This document shows, in pieces, positions 30,727 through 40,476 of a stretch of DNA of 64,000 bases (position 1 is its first letter; every line of letters begins with the position of its first letter). Below the pieces are notes generated by a model. The model saw nothing but the letters and a program-made list of their open reading frames with translations, had not been told where the DNA came from and searched no databases. Position numbers and translations under genes: made by a program. This stretch comes from Parcubacteria group bacterium GW2011_GWA2_40_23. GTDB taxonomy: Bacteria > Patescibacteriota > Patescibacteriia > UBA11705 > JABHMO01. The DNA lies in the NCBI GenBank assembly GCA_000996245.1, contig LBYP01000005.1, positions 10,305-74,304 on the forward strand, in the 5' to 3' direction.

Positions 30727-31044
30727 CTAGCGTAGTGTCCTGTCTCCAACTACCGACAGTTTGGTCGGATCCCAAGCACGCAGACCCAGCAGAATGACGA
30801 AAGCAAGCACCGCCAAGAACGCGAAGACTGGCGAGGTGCTCAGCATATCGCTCGGAGTAATCCCGACCGAGGCCTCCATGACGAACACCAGCCAAGTGAT
30901 GGCCGTAAGAAGAAAAGCACTCATCGCGACGCTGTGGTGGCTATCCGGCCAGTTTCCGCGAGTTGCCAGCCACGCCGGCAAGAACCCCAGCCCCAGGAAT
31001 AGCAAGCTTCCCAATAGAAAGATCAACCCAAAGATAAAGTCCAT
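30727..31044 (-). CDS. small membrane protein (GC-rich islet)
   Basis: Three hydrophobic segments; GGGAGG SD. Confidence 0.6.
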   Translation of the reverse strand: MDFIFGLIFLLGSLLFLGLGFLPAWLATRGNWPDSHHSVAMSAFLLTAITWLVFVMEASVGITPSDMLSTSPVFAFLAVLAFVILLGLRAWDPTKLSVVGDRTLR

Positions 31045-31132
31045 TTTCTCCTCCCTAGCAGTTAGATCTCAACCAATTACCCTTATTGTACACAAAACGT
31101 GAGGAAAATCAATCTCCATTAAAACCGCCGCC

Positions 31133-31152
31133 CCTGCCTGCCGGCAGGCAGG
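31133..31152. repeat. REP-like palindrome CCTGCCTGCCGGCAGGCAGG
   Basis: Perfect 20-nt palindrome interrupting a terminator-like hairpin. Confidence 0.75.
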
Positions 31153-31188
31153 CTCTATGAGGAGCGCGGCAGTATGAACAGATGAACC

Positions 31189-31464
31189 TTACGGAATCAC
31201 GACCTCGTTCGGTCCCCGACCCCACTTGCCAGTGAAGCGAGCCGAACGCTGTGTGATCTCGGGCAGCGCCGTGCTACCTATCGGCCGCTCCCAGACACAG
31301 ACGACTCCACGTCGATCGGTAAGAATCCACTTAATGACGTTAGCGGCGCGCTCGTCGACAGCCATCGTCTTCACATACCATTCGGATTCCGAGTCGGAAC
31401 CGACGAACTTTGGCTTCGTGACAAGCGAGTTGCCAACTTCGTTGTCGTGCATTGCAATTTTCAT
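31189..31464 (-). CDS. hypothetical protein (GC-rich islet)
   Basis: GAGGGG SD. Confidence 0.5.
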   Translation of the reverse strand: MKIAMHDNEVGNSLVTKPKFVGSDSESEWYVKTMAVDERAANVIKWILTDRRGVVCVWERPIGSTALPEITQRSARFTGKWGRGPNEVVIP

Positions 31465-31497
31465 CTAGAACCCCTCAGGTAACGAAGTTTCTCTAAG

Positions 31498-31752
31498 CTA
31501 GACAGCGCGCAGGATCAGAAGAACGACGGCAATAACTGCCGTAACCAGGAAAAGTGACAAGTAACCTCGGTTGCGCTTCCTCCGTGCCAGTTCGGTGCGG
31601 CCAGGTCTGCCTTCTCCCTCACAGACGTGGCAGACACCGTCCTTGTGGTGAATCTTATACCAGACTCGACCACAATGGATGCACTGCTCCTGTTCTTCGT
31701 CGCCCATGGCCGTAAACGTTTCCAGAACACGATCACCAAGATCGTCACTCAT
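31498..31752 (-). CDS. small zinc-finger protein with C-terminal TM anchor
   Basis: CIHCG...CHVC; C-terminal hydrophobic tail; GGAGG SD; TTGACA promoter at ~31793-31821. Confidence 0.6.
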   Translation of the reverse strand: MSDDLGDRVLETFTAMGDEEQEQCIHCGRVWYKIHHKDGVCHVCEGEGRPGRTELARRKRNRGYLSLFLVTAVIAVVLLILRAV

Positions 31753-31900
31753 GAGTTGCCTCCAGGTTGTTACTTCCTACGAATAACAACTCAGGGTAAC
31801 AAAAAAAGGCAGATTTGTCAATGATTGTGCTATTTTACTGCAAAAAAGGCTAAAATTTGGTACAATAGTGAACAGAATACAAGTAACAAACAAAACAAGT

Positions 31901-32653
31901 ATGAAACTAACCTTCGTCGGCCTATCCTGTTTCTTAATTGAAGACAAAAAAGGTGGCCGCCTCCTAATCGATCCTTTTAATGACACGCCGCGCTGGACGC
32001 TTGGATTAACATTACCGAAAAAACTTAATGCCGATATTTTTTTAGCCTCGCATGCTGATGCTGATCATTCTTATTTGGATGAAAGATTTGTAGAGCACAA
32101 ACAAAGAAATGACGAAAAGCACACAACCAACATCAGTATCTTTCCAGATTTAAACTTACGCGGGACTTTGGTCAAAGAATGGAATGGCGATCTCTGTATT
32201 GCCTATCACTTCACTGTCGACGGTTTACGCTGTCTTCATTTGGCTGACAATTCACATCCACTGACGAAAAAACAAATCAAAGAGTTTGGACAAATCGATA
32301 TTTTATTTTTGCCCATGACAAAATCCAGATCAGAAAATATTGACGTTGAACTCAAAATCATCGGACAGTTGAAACCCAAAATAGTTATTCCATCGCACAC
32401 GATTCCTTTGCCACTAAAAACAGTTCGCCGCGGATACAAAGTTGTTTACGAAAAAATCAAAAAAATAATGTTGCCCCACAAAAACCCAGCCATCAACGAA
32501 TATTCTTTCGGAATTTTTTCGTACATGTTATTAGTTGCTAACAATTTGACCAAAAAAATTTCGACGAAGGAAATCACCGGCTGCAATGTCGAGATCAAGA
32601 AACTGCCGAGTAAAACAACGGTGTATTATTTTGATAAATGTTCAGCAAAATAA
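31901..32653 (+). CDS. MBL-fold metallo-hydrolase
   Basis: LLIDPF, SHADADH, HLAD, IPSH. Confidence 0.85.
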   Translation: MKLTFVGLSCFLIEDKKGGRLLIDPFNDTPRWTLGLTLPKKLNADIFLASHADADHSYLDERFVEHKQRNDEKHTTNISIFPDLNLRGTLVKEWNGDLCIAYHFTVDGLRCLHLADNSHPLTKKQIKEFGQIDILFLPMTKSRSENIDVELKIIGQLKPKIVIPSHTIPLPLKTVRRGYKVVYEKIKKIMLPHKNPAINEYSFGIFSYMLLVANNLTKKISTKEITGCNVEIKKLPSKTTVYYFDKCSAK

Positions 32654-32658
32654 GCAAT

Positions 32659-32988
32659 ATGAAAATCAAAAACCTCGAGAACATTTCCCTGGATCAATTA
32701 AATTTTGAGTTGAAAAATGGCGCTAAGTTTATTGTATTCCCTTTTTGTGTTTCGATAGGCTTTATGTCTTTTAATCGCGCCAGTGGTGTCCATTTTGTAA
32801 AACAAGGCGAGTCGACGCTCCGGCCAGCACTACTTTATTCATTAATCTCATTCATTGTTGGTTGGTGGGGAATCCCCTGGGGACCGATTTGGACTGTACA
32901 TTCAATTTATAAAAATTTATCTGGCGGTAAAGATATGACCAAGGAAATTTTAATTGCATTAAACACATCTTCAGAGCAGACCAAATAA
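32659..32988 (+). CDS. conserved hypothetical membrane protein
   Basis: GWWGIPWGPIWT...NLSGGKD motif. Confidence 0.65.
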   Translation: MKIKNLENISLDQLNFELKNGAKFIVFPFCVSIGFMSFNRASGVHFVKQGESTLRPALLYSLISFIVGWWGIPWGPIWTVHSIYKNLSGGKDMTKEILIALNTSSEQTK

Positions 32989-33048
32989 TAATACAAAATA
33001 TTCCTCCTAGAATTTGCTCGTTTATAGTTGATGCTACAATGAGAATAT

Positions 33049-33873
33049 ATGAAAAACCTAAACAAACAAATTGCTTTATTCAAAGGCAAAGGAATCCGCA
33101 GAATTATTTATAAAAAAGAATGGTGGTTTTCTGTTGTGGATGTAGTCGCAGCTTTAACTGATAGCCCAACCCCACGGAAATACTGGGGGAAAATTAAACA
33201 ACGCGAGTTTATTGATCCTCAGTTGTCCCCAATTTGGGGACAACTGAAATTAGAGTCTTCTGATGGTAAAACTTATAAAACAGACTGTGCAAACACGGAA
33301 GGTCTTTTTCGCATTATTCAATCTATTCCGTCCCCGAAAGCAGAACCATTCAAACGCTGGCTAGCAAAAACTGGTTACGAAAGAATTCAAGAAATTGATA
33401 ACCCAGAATTAGGTTCAAAACGAGCCAAGCTTCTTTATAAACTTAAAGGTTATCCTGATAGTTGGATCGAAAAAAGACTACAAGGGATTGCTGTCCGCAA
33501 CGCATTAACTGATGAATGGGATAAACGTGGTGCCGATAATCAACAATCTTACGAAATTTTAACTGCGGAGATATCTAAAGCAACGTTTGAATTGACGCCA
33601 TCTGATTACAAAAAGCTAAAGGGACTTAAAAAAGAGAACCTTCGCGATCACATGAACAGTATGGAACTCATATTAACAATGCTCAGCGAACAAACCACCA
33701 AAGAAATTCATAAAGACAAAAATTCCAAAGGTTTACCAAAATTAAAAGATGATGCCCGAGCTGGTGGTCAAATTGCGGGGTCTACGCGTAAGCAAATCGA
33801 AAGAAAACTTGGACGAACAGTTATTTCGAAGAAAAACTTTTTATCCGACGTAAATAAAAAGCAATTAAAATAA
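33049..33873 (+). CDS. Bro-N domain DNA-binding protein
   Basis: WWFSVVDVV, RIIQSIPSPKAEPFKRWLA, NLRDHM. Confidence 0.88.
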   Translation: MKNLNKQIALFKGKGIRRIIYKKEWWFSVVDVVAALTDSPTPRKYWGKIKQREFIDPQLSPIWGQLKLESSDGKTYKTDCANTEGLFRIIQSIPSPKAEPFKRWLAKTGYERIQEIDNPELGSKRAKLLYKLKGYPDSWIEKRLQGIAVRNALTDEWDKRGADNQQSYEILTAEISKATFELTPSDYKKLKGLKKENLRDHMNSMELILTMLSEQTTKEIHKDKNSKGLPKLKDDARAGGQIAGSTRKQIERKLGRTVISKKNFLSDVNKKQLK

Positions 33874-33878
33874 AACAC

Positions 33879-34985
33879 ATGCCCCAATTCTCCCTCGCCA
33901 CAAACTTTGACACCAAAATTCTTTCAGAAATCGACAAACTGAATAAAAAATATCCAGAATCGAAAGTTTTTGAAGTTTATGGATCACTGCCACTAAGTTT
34001 GACCGGCAGCGGACGCAGTACGATTGGACTGCCGGCAGTCTCAACAACTGATCTTGCAAAACATATAGAGACAGCTCATAAATTTTCTTTAAAGTTTAAT
34101 TATTTAATGAATTCCTCCCGCGTCAGCGATCTTGATGACTTAACATTCCGAAAACAACTTGATATGTTCCTTAACGACTTAATAAAAATTCAGGTCGATT
34201 CAATTACTTTAGCGGACGAAAAACTGATTCGATATGTTCGTCGAAAATTCCCAACCCTGCCAATCCACGTTTCTCTAATCACCGGAGTCGATACAGTTGC
34301 CGAAGCAAAAAAATATTCTAATTTGGGCGTTTCACTCACCACATTGAATCAACACACCATAAATCGAGACCTAAAAACGATAGCAACAATCGTTCAAGAC
34401 GTAAATTGTGATATAATGTTGTATGCTAACATTTCTTGTTTACAAAATTGTCCACTGAGAGACGCGCACTACAAGTGGCTGAGCTCACAATCGAACGAAT
34501 CGACGACTGACGACAATCAACGAGTCGATAAATTCATTTTACAATGTGAGCGACAATATATCGAAAATCCAATCGAATTTTTACGCTCTCCTTTTATCCG
34601 TCCAGAGGCTTTAAAACTTTACGAGGCTGTCGGAGTCAAGCATTTTAAACTTTCGGATCGCCGCGAGTCGACGGAAGCGCTCGTAAAGACTGCTGAAGCA
34701 TACATGAGCGGCGCATTCCATGGCAACTTATTCTCATTTCTTTTTCGAGACGATAGAAAATGGTCCAATGCAGTCAGAAACATCGTCGAGGTTAAATCTT
34801 TGGGCAATACTGCAATTAATATCAACAACGATAAATTGACGGCCTTCAACTTTGATGAGCTTGTGACATTGTTAACCGGAGAAGATCTAGAAAAATTTTA
34901 TGTGGACATGACCACGGCGGCCGTTTCCGGAGTCGACGATCAAAAAACAAAAAGCTTTCACAATAAATTACAGTCGGTTTTATGA
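33879..34985 (+). CDS. U32-family protein (Fe-S, hydroxylase-like)
   Basis: EVYGS, FNYLMN, HVS, CLQNCP...C, FIRPE, FKLSDR. Confidence 0.8.
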   Translation: MPQFSLATNFDTKILSEIDKLNKKYPESKVFEVYGSLPLSLTGSGRSTIGLPAVSTTDLAKHIETAHKFSLKFNYLMNSSRVSDLDDLTFRKQLDMFLNDLIKIQVDSITLADEKLIRYVRRKFPTLPIHVSLITGVDTVAEAKKYSNLGVSLTTLNQHTINRDLKTIATIVQDVNCDIMLYANISCLQNCPLRDAHYKWLSSQSNESTTDDNQRVDKFILQCERQYIENPIEFLRSPFIRPEALKLYEAVGVKHFKLSDRRESTEALVKTAEAYMSGAFHGNLFSFLFRDDRKWSNAVRNIVEVKSLGNTAININNDKLTAFNFDELVTLLTGEDLEKFYVDMTTAAVSGVDDQKTKSFHNKLQSVL

Positions 34986-35584
34986 AAAAATCCATTGCCA
35001 AATCCTACAACAAAATCGCCCACGAGTATACTCAAGCTCATGGTTATGGCGAACATGTTACACTTAACTCTTTGAAAAAATTTGTAAAACTCTTGCCCGT
35101 TAAAGCAAAAATTCTTGATGTCGGTTGCGGCGGCGGGCAAGATTCAAAATTTTTAACCGAAGCTGGCTACGCTGTTCTCGGCGTTGATGTGTCGAAGGAA
35201 ATGATTAAGCTCGCCAAAAGGTATTCCCCAAAAACAACATTTGCAGTCGCTGACGTGATGTCTTTACCAGCAAAAATAAAATACAATGGAATCTGGTGCT
35301 GTCGTGTCTTTTATCACATTTCAATTACTGAGCAAGGTAAGTTTTTAAAAAAATTAAACGTTTTACTTAAAAAAGATGGTATTCTATATCTGACTACCGT
35401 CACCAGTGACACAAAAGAAGATTATGAAGCTTATGATTCTGGTAGCGACGGTCTTTTAAAAAAACGCTTGACTGGAAAATCATTCAAAGCATTACTTAAG
35501 AAATATAATTTTAAAATTTTGAAGTTCAAGTATTGGGTTGGGAAAAAGGGGATGGAAGTCTATGCAACCAAACGAATAAAGTAA
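34982..35584 (+). CDS. class I SAM-dependent methyltransferase
   Basis: ILDVGCGGG, GVDVSKEMI. Confidence 0.88.
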   Translation: MKKSIAKSYNKIAHEYTQAHGYGEHVTLNSLKKFVKLLPVKAKILDVGCGGGQDSKFLTEAGYAVLGVDVSKEMIKLAKRYSPKTTFAVADVMSLPAKIKYNGIWCCRVFYHISITEQGKFLKKLNVLLKKDGILYLTTVTSDTKEDYEAYDSGSDGLLKKRLTGKSFKALLKKYNFKILKFKYWVGKKGMEVYATKRIK

Positions 35585-35633
35585 ACATTTACAACAAGCG
35601 AAGCGATAAAACAATTTTAACAACTAGAACAAT

Positions 35634-35975
35634 ATGCGCTTTCTCCTTCGCTCAAAAATTCACAAAGCCACAGTCACCGAAGCAAACCTCAACTATATCG
35701 GCAGCATCACCATCGATAAAACTTTGATCGAAAAAGTCGGCTTTTGGCCTGGCGAAAAAGTTTTAGTTGTCAGCAACACAACTGGCGCCAGACTAGAAAC
35801 CTACATTATTGTCGGCAAGAAAAACTCCGGAATCATTTGCATGAATGGTGCAGCTGCTCATCTGATAAAAAAAGGCGAAGAAATAATTATTATGGGTTTT
35901 GAATTGACTAATAAAAAAATAGAACCGAAAATGATTTTAGTTGATAAAAAAAATAAGTTTGTAAAATCTTTATAA
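35634..35975 (+). CDS. panD: aspartate 1-decarboxylase
   Basis: SKIHKATVT, YIGSITID self-cleavage site, RLETY, NGAAAH. Confidence 0.95.
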   Translation: MRFLLRSKIHKATVTEANLNYIGSITIDKTLIEKVGFWPGEKVLVVSNTTGARLETYIIVGKKNSGIICMNGAAAHLIKKGEEIIIMGFELTNKKIEPKMILVDKKNKFVKSL

Positions 35976-36018
35976 ATAATAAATCCCCGCTCACGTTGCG
36001 CAAGCAGGGACTTTTCTA

Positions 36019-36537
36019 TCAGTACGTTCTTTTTTCACGATTCTCCGTGGCGATTCGTCCCGTCCCCTTCGGATCGAAGACGTGAACCAGGAGCATGGCC
36101 CACTCGAGGCAAAAGGCCTTGAAGCCAATCCAGTACCGCATTGGGACCAGCTTGACTTTTCGGTGATGCGCCAGACGGAAGGTCACCCAGAACCGCAAGG
36201 CATGTTGCCAGTGCGTCACCACCGTGAAGTGCTGGTCATGATCGCGCTCCACAAGACGTAGAACACCCGAGATATTCTCGTAGGTGTCACGTGACAGTTC
36301 CTCGCACAAGATCTTGTTGGCATGAACGCCTTGTTCATTCAACCAAGAACGCATGAGCAAGCTAGACGCGATAGTCTGGGTATCAGCCGGCAGGTAAATC
36401 CCGCCCATGACAACGATGGCATCGTACTTTCCGCTCTGCCACAAGGACAAAGCACGCATGAGCCGCTTCTCCGTCATCATGCCGTCCAAGCGATTCTTCG
36501 CTACAACCTCGCAACTGGGAACGAGCAAATAACGCAT
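36019..36537 (-). CDS. YdcF/DUF218 family protein (GC-rich islet)
   Basis: VMGG, EELSRDTYEN, VVTHWQHALR. Confidence 0.8.
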   Translation of the reverse strand: MRYLLVPSCEVVAKNRLDGMMTEKRLMRALSLWQSGKYDAIVVMGGIYLPADTQTIASSLLMRSWLNEQGVHANKILCEELSRDTYENISGVLRLVERDHDQHFTVVTHWQHALRFWVTFRLAHHRKVKLVPMRYWIGFKAFCLEWAMLLVHVFDPKGTGRIATENREKRTY

Positions 36538-36630
36538 CGTCTAACCTCACAAAATTGTTTTTCAATGACCTTATAAGATACCAAAACAAAGACTTTTTGT
36601 CAATCCTTGCAAAAAAATAATATTACTTCT

Positions 36631-37137
36631 ATGACTCAAGCCCTCAACGTCGAATTTGAAAAAGCTGTTCGCTTATTGGCCGAATTCTTCCCTATTTCTG
36701 ATGAGAGCACGTGCAAACCAGTTTTATTCCATGACATTCGTGTTGGGGTTTATTTATACGAAAATAATTATTCACGCGAAATTGTTCTCGCCGGAATATT
36801 ACATGATATTTTAGAGTTTTCTGATGCAGGTGAAGAAATGTTGCGTGATGAGTTTGGTGAGGAAGTTCTAAATCTTGTCTATGCTTGTACCAAGGATGAC
36901 ACGCTCGACAATCCAGAAGAAAAAACCAATGATATGATTAGTCGTTGCGTGGAATGTGGCCAAGACGCTCTTATTGTAAAAACAGCGGATACAATTGATA
37001 GTTTTAAATATTACACCGCGACTAAAAAGACTGATCAACTCGAAAATCACTGTCTTCGAACCGCTAAAGCAATTTTCAATTACAAACCAGCCAGTTTTAA
37101 TGATAAAATATTTGATGAATTAAAAAAATGGTTATAA
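36631..37137 (+). CDS. HD-domain hydrolase (RelA/SpoT/Mesh1-like small hydrolase)
   Basis: LAGILHDILE, FGEEV..LV..CTKD, ALIVKTAD. Confidence 0.75.
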   Translation: MTQALNVEFEKAVRLLAEFFPISDESTCKPVLFHDIRVGVYLYENNYSREIVLAGILHDILEFSDAGEEMLRDEFGEEVLNLVYACTKDDTLDNPEEKTNDMISRCVECGQDALIVKTADTIDSFKYYTATKKTDQLENHCLRTAKAIFNYKPASFNDKIFDELKKWL

Positions 37138-37151
37138 ATATAAAATAATTT

Positions 37152-38117
37152 ATGTTAAGCCTCATTCTGTTTGTTCTTGGAATAATCCTCTTGATAAAAG
37201 GAGCAGATGTTCTCGTAGACGGCTCTTCTGCTTTAGCAAAAAGATTCAAGGTACCAACAATTGTTATCGGTCTCACTATTGTTGCTTTTGGTACATCCAT
37301 GCCCGAGCTAATTGTTAATGTCATGGCCGCCATAAGTGGTAATGGAGCTATTGCTTTTGGCAATGTTATTGGCAGCAACCTCGCTAACATCCTACTTATT
37401 TTGGGCGTAGCCGCCTGCATCACAAATATAAAAGTTAAAAAATCAACAATTTGGAAAGAAATTCCTTTTTCACTTCTTGCAGTTTTAGTCCTTTTTATAT
37501 TCATGAATACACAATTTTTTGATAATCTCGGTGGCACCACGATTTCACGATCCAATGGTTTAATTCTACTTCTTTTCTTTGTTATTTTTCTATATTATGT
37601 TGTTGAACTATCGCGTCGCAAACAAAACAACGTCGAAGCAGAAGAAATTGTTATAAAAAAACTTTCAACCTTAAAAATATTTGTTTACATTGTTGGTGGA
37701 TTAGTTGCCCTGTTCTTTGGCGGTAAATGGACGGTTGAAGGCGCTGTTATGGTTGCCCGATGGTTGGGCATGAGTGAATATTTTATTTCTTTAACTATTG
37801 TGGCCGTGGGCACATCGCTACCAGAATTAGTTACCACCATTATTGCTGCCAGAAAAAAGAATATGGACTTAGCCGTGGGCAACATTGTCGGAAGCAATAT
37901 TTTCAATATCTTTTGGATACTTGGTCTTAGCGCGCTCATTACTCCGATTATAATTCCTGCTTTTGCTCTTTATGATGTTATCGTTCTTTGTGGCACAACC
38001 TTTCTTTTGTTTATATTCATGTTCATCAACAAAAGGCATGAACTGGAAAGGTGGCAAGGCATAATTTTTCTGCTTATCTATATTGGATACGTTTATCATT
38101 TGTTAATACGAGGATAA
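37152..38117 (+). CDS. Ca2+/Na+ antiporter (YrbG family)
   Basis: Duplicated GTSxPEL and GNxxGSN alpha repeats. Confidence 0.93.
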   Translation: MLSLILFVLGIILLIKGADVLVDGSSALAKRFKVPTIVIGLTIVAFGTSMPELIVNVMAAISGNGAIAFGNVIGSNLANILLILGVAACITNIKVKKSTIWKEIPFSLLAVLVLFIFMNTQFFDNLGGTTISRSNGLILLLFFVIFLYYVVELSRRKQNNVEAEEIVIKKLSTLKIFVYIVGGLVALFFGGKWTVEGAVMVARWLGMSEYFISLTIVAVGTSLPELVTTIIAARKKNMDLAVGNIVGSNIFNIFWILGLSALITPIIIPAFALYDVIVLCGTTFLLFIFMFINKRHELERWQGIIFLLIYIGYVYHLLIRG

Positions 38118-38185
38118 AATAATTTTAAAAAAATCACCGTGCACAGTTTTGAGCTAGCACGGTTTTTTTTCGTGTTGTTGGCGTA

Positions 38186-38458
38186 TTAGCCAACGAGACG
38201 GTAGAGATAATCACGAGCTACAGGTATCCCTGGCTTCGAACTTGCCTGGAATTCGTCGTCGGTTTGCAGACGTTCGAGAACTTTTCCGGGCGAAATGAGC
38301 TTGCACAATTCCGAGTACAGATACGGTTGCACGAAATTAGGTGTACGCACCTGCACAGTCTCAGTGAGAGTCCCTAGATCGTACCAAAGTCCTGGCAAGT
38401 ACCCCAGAACTTCGAGAATGAGAGCACTCACAGCCGATCGAACTTCTAACTCGTTCAT
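38186..38458 (-). CDS. hypothetical protein
   Basis: Short ORF between a promoter-like AT region and a terminator. Confidence 0.4.
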   Translation of the reverse strand: MNELEVRSAVSALILEVLGYLPGLWYDLGTLTETVQVRTPNFVQPYLYSELCKLISPGKVLERLQTDDEFQASSKPGIPVARDYLYRLVG

Positions 38459-38620
38459 TCTTATTCTCAATGTGGTTGATCATTTCGATCTGCGGACTCT
38501 CGACATTATCATTATAACAATAATTTGTAAACAATTCTTTCTTCATTATTTGTTATTCAAAATTCTATATTTTTGAAAAAAATTCTCCCCCCAGCTGCAT
38601 GCAGCTGGGGGGAGTCGAAC

Positions 38621-39505
38621 CTAGTTCAGCACGTCGAGCTTGCCGTGCTTGATCCAGTTCTTGAACGTGGTCGTGGGGAAGCGGAGCCGAAGCTTCTCGA
38701 GCTCGGCCTCGCTGGTGCCGACGGACTCGGGGGTCTGCCCGCTCAACTTGATGATCGCGAGCACCTTGTCCACTTGCACTGACGAGTCAGGGTAGTCCCA
38801 GAACTTGTCACGCAGCTTGCTCATGAGGGCGTCGAGCGAACGCTGGTAGGCCAGGTCAGCCAGATCCTGTGCGTGCTCCTTGGTGATGGACCCGTGCGAG
38901 TAGATCTCGTCGTCAGCCTTGTAGCCATTCGCATGCCAGAGCTCGTTTTTGAAACGCTCTACCAGCTTGCTCGGCGTGAAGTACCCGCTCTCGTTGAATT
39001 CGACCGGGTACTGGTACAGCTTTAGGAGCGTATACTCAGCCATCCGCGCATGGTTGACACCAAGCGTCACGTCGATGTCGTGCTGGGTCTTGCCCAGCTC
39101 TTCAAGGGTGGTGTTGTGCTTCTTGATCTCGCTCAAGAAGCTGTTGAACCTCTCCGAGAGCGACTCGGAGTACCCATCGTCGTACAGATCCTCGCACCGG
39201 TAGTTGAGCAGGGACAGGAGATTCCCTTCGAACCCTTTGTGCTTGCTCTTTTTCACGAGGAGCTGGAGCTCTTCCTTCGTCGTGTTGAGCTGCTGGTACG
39301 TCATTAACCCTGCGTCCAGGTAACCCATGAGGTGCTGAACGTCCTGCTCGAGGTCGAACGGAGGCGTCTCCGCCTGCTTCCAGCCGCGGATCTCCTCAGC
39401 CCAGCTGTCGATCTGTGCGGCACGCCGCGTCTCTTCCGAGATCTCGCTCATCTTGCTGCAGTACACCATGTTGAGCATGAGGACAATGAACAGAACGCGA
39501 CGCAT
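38621..39505 (-). CDS. secreted or lipoprotein-like hypothetical protein (GC-rich)
   Basis: Signal-like N-terminus MRRVLFIVLMLNMVYC; own TTGACA-N17-TATTAT promoter; terminator at 38581-38612. Confidence 0.65.
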   Translation of the reverse strand: MRRVLFIVLMLNMVYCSKMSEISEETRRAAQIDSWAEEIRGWKQAETPPFDLEQDVQHLMGYLDAGLMTYQQLNTTKEELQLLVKKSKHKGFEGNLLSLLNYRCEDLYDDGYSESLSERFNSFLSEIKKHNTTLEELGKTQHDIDVTLGVNHARMAEYTLLKLYQYPVEFNESGYFTPSKLVERFKNELWHANGYKADDEIYSHGSITKEHAQDLADLAYQRSLDALMSKLRDKFWDYPDSSVQVDKVLAIIKLSGQTPESVGTSEAELEKLRLRFPTTTFKNWIKHGKLDVLN

Positions 39506-39648
39506 GAAGCACCCCAAAACAGTTGATCTGTCCGCCCTTTGCGAACCATAAATAATAGCAATTTAAATCATTTTTGTCAACAATTTTTTATGAGATGTGA
39601 ACAAAACCAAAGTAGATTTTGTATGGGCTCAAGAAATTGAGCCCTGTC

Positions 39649-40473
39649 TCAAAGACTTTGTTCAAACGGGTTTTGCTTCGTAAAATCCGGCACAAAGCAA
39701 TCCGTTGCATCCAAATCCTGCGTCCAACCATTTAGCATTCCTTTTTCCGTCAAATATGTGAAGATTTTGTGTACCTCTTCCTCGTTATTCGTTCTTCGTA
39801 ATTCGTTATTCTCTGTACTCTTATAAATTGGAGCATATTGCGCCATTAAACTCACATAAATTTTCTTATTGATTGAAGATAAAATGTCGATTGCACATAA
39901 ACTACTTTCAGTTTGTCCTGGAAGAATTAAATGTCTGACAATTAAACCGGATTTGGCAATTCCATTTTCGTCGAGAATAAGTTCTGGACGTATTTCATTT
40001 AAATATTTAATTGCTTCTGTCGCAATATCAGTATAATTATGAACGCCGGAATATTTTTGGCCGAGTTCATTGAAACCGTATTTAAAATCAGGTAAAAAAA
40101 TGTCGACAACGTCAGAAACATTTTTTAACACCTCAACATTTTCATAACCATTCGAGTTCCAGACAATCGGGATCGTCAGCCCTTTCTTTTTGGCTTTTTT
40201 AATCGCTGGAACTATCGTCTGCCACCAAATCGTCGGTGTGACGAGGTTGATATTGACTGCATTCTGTTTTTGTAAGTCGATCATTATGTCGACGAGCTCA
40301 TCTTCAGAATAATCTTTCCCTAAATTTTCTTGAGAGATTTGATAATTCTGGCAATAACAGCATTTCAAATTACATTTACTAAAAAAAATGGTGCCGGAGC
40401 CTTGCGACTCGTCACCAACTAACGGTGGTTCTTCACCAAAATGTTTGCCGTACCAGGCAATGCGGACTGACAT
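39649..40473 (-). CDS. PflX-like radical SAM protein
   Basis: HFGEEPP, GSGTIFFSKCNLKCCYCQN, NINLVTPT, LPDFKY, IVRHLILPG. Confidence 0.9.
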   Translation of the reverse strand: MSVRIAWYGKHFGEEPPLVGDESQGSGTIFFSKCNLKCCYCQNYQISQENLGKDYSEDELVDIMIDLQKQNAVNINLVTPTIWWQTIVPAIKKAKKKGLTIPIVWNSNGYENVEVLKNVSDVVDIFLPDFKYGFNELGQKYSGVHNYTDIATEAIKYLNEIRPELILDENGIAKSGLIVRHLILPGQTESSLCAIDILSSINKKIYVSLMAQYAPIYKSTENNELRRTNNEEEVHKIFTYLTEKGMLNGWTQDLDATDCFVPDFTKQNPFEQSL

Positions 40474-40476
40474 AAA

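Noticed and set aside
33049-33873. Prophage suggested by the Bro-N gene
   Set aside because: No structural, terminase or integrase genes nearby
22964-38117. Integron cassette array
   Set aside because: No intI, and intergenic gaps are too short or lack attC-like inverted cores
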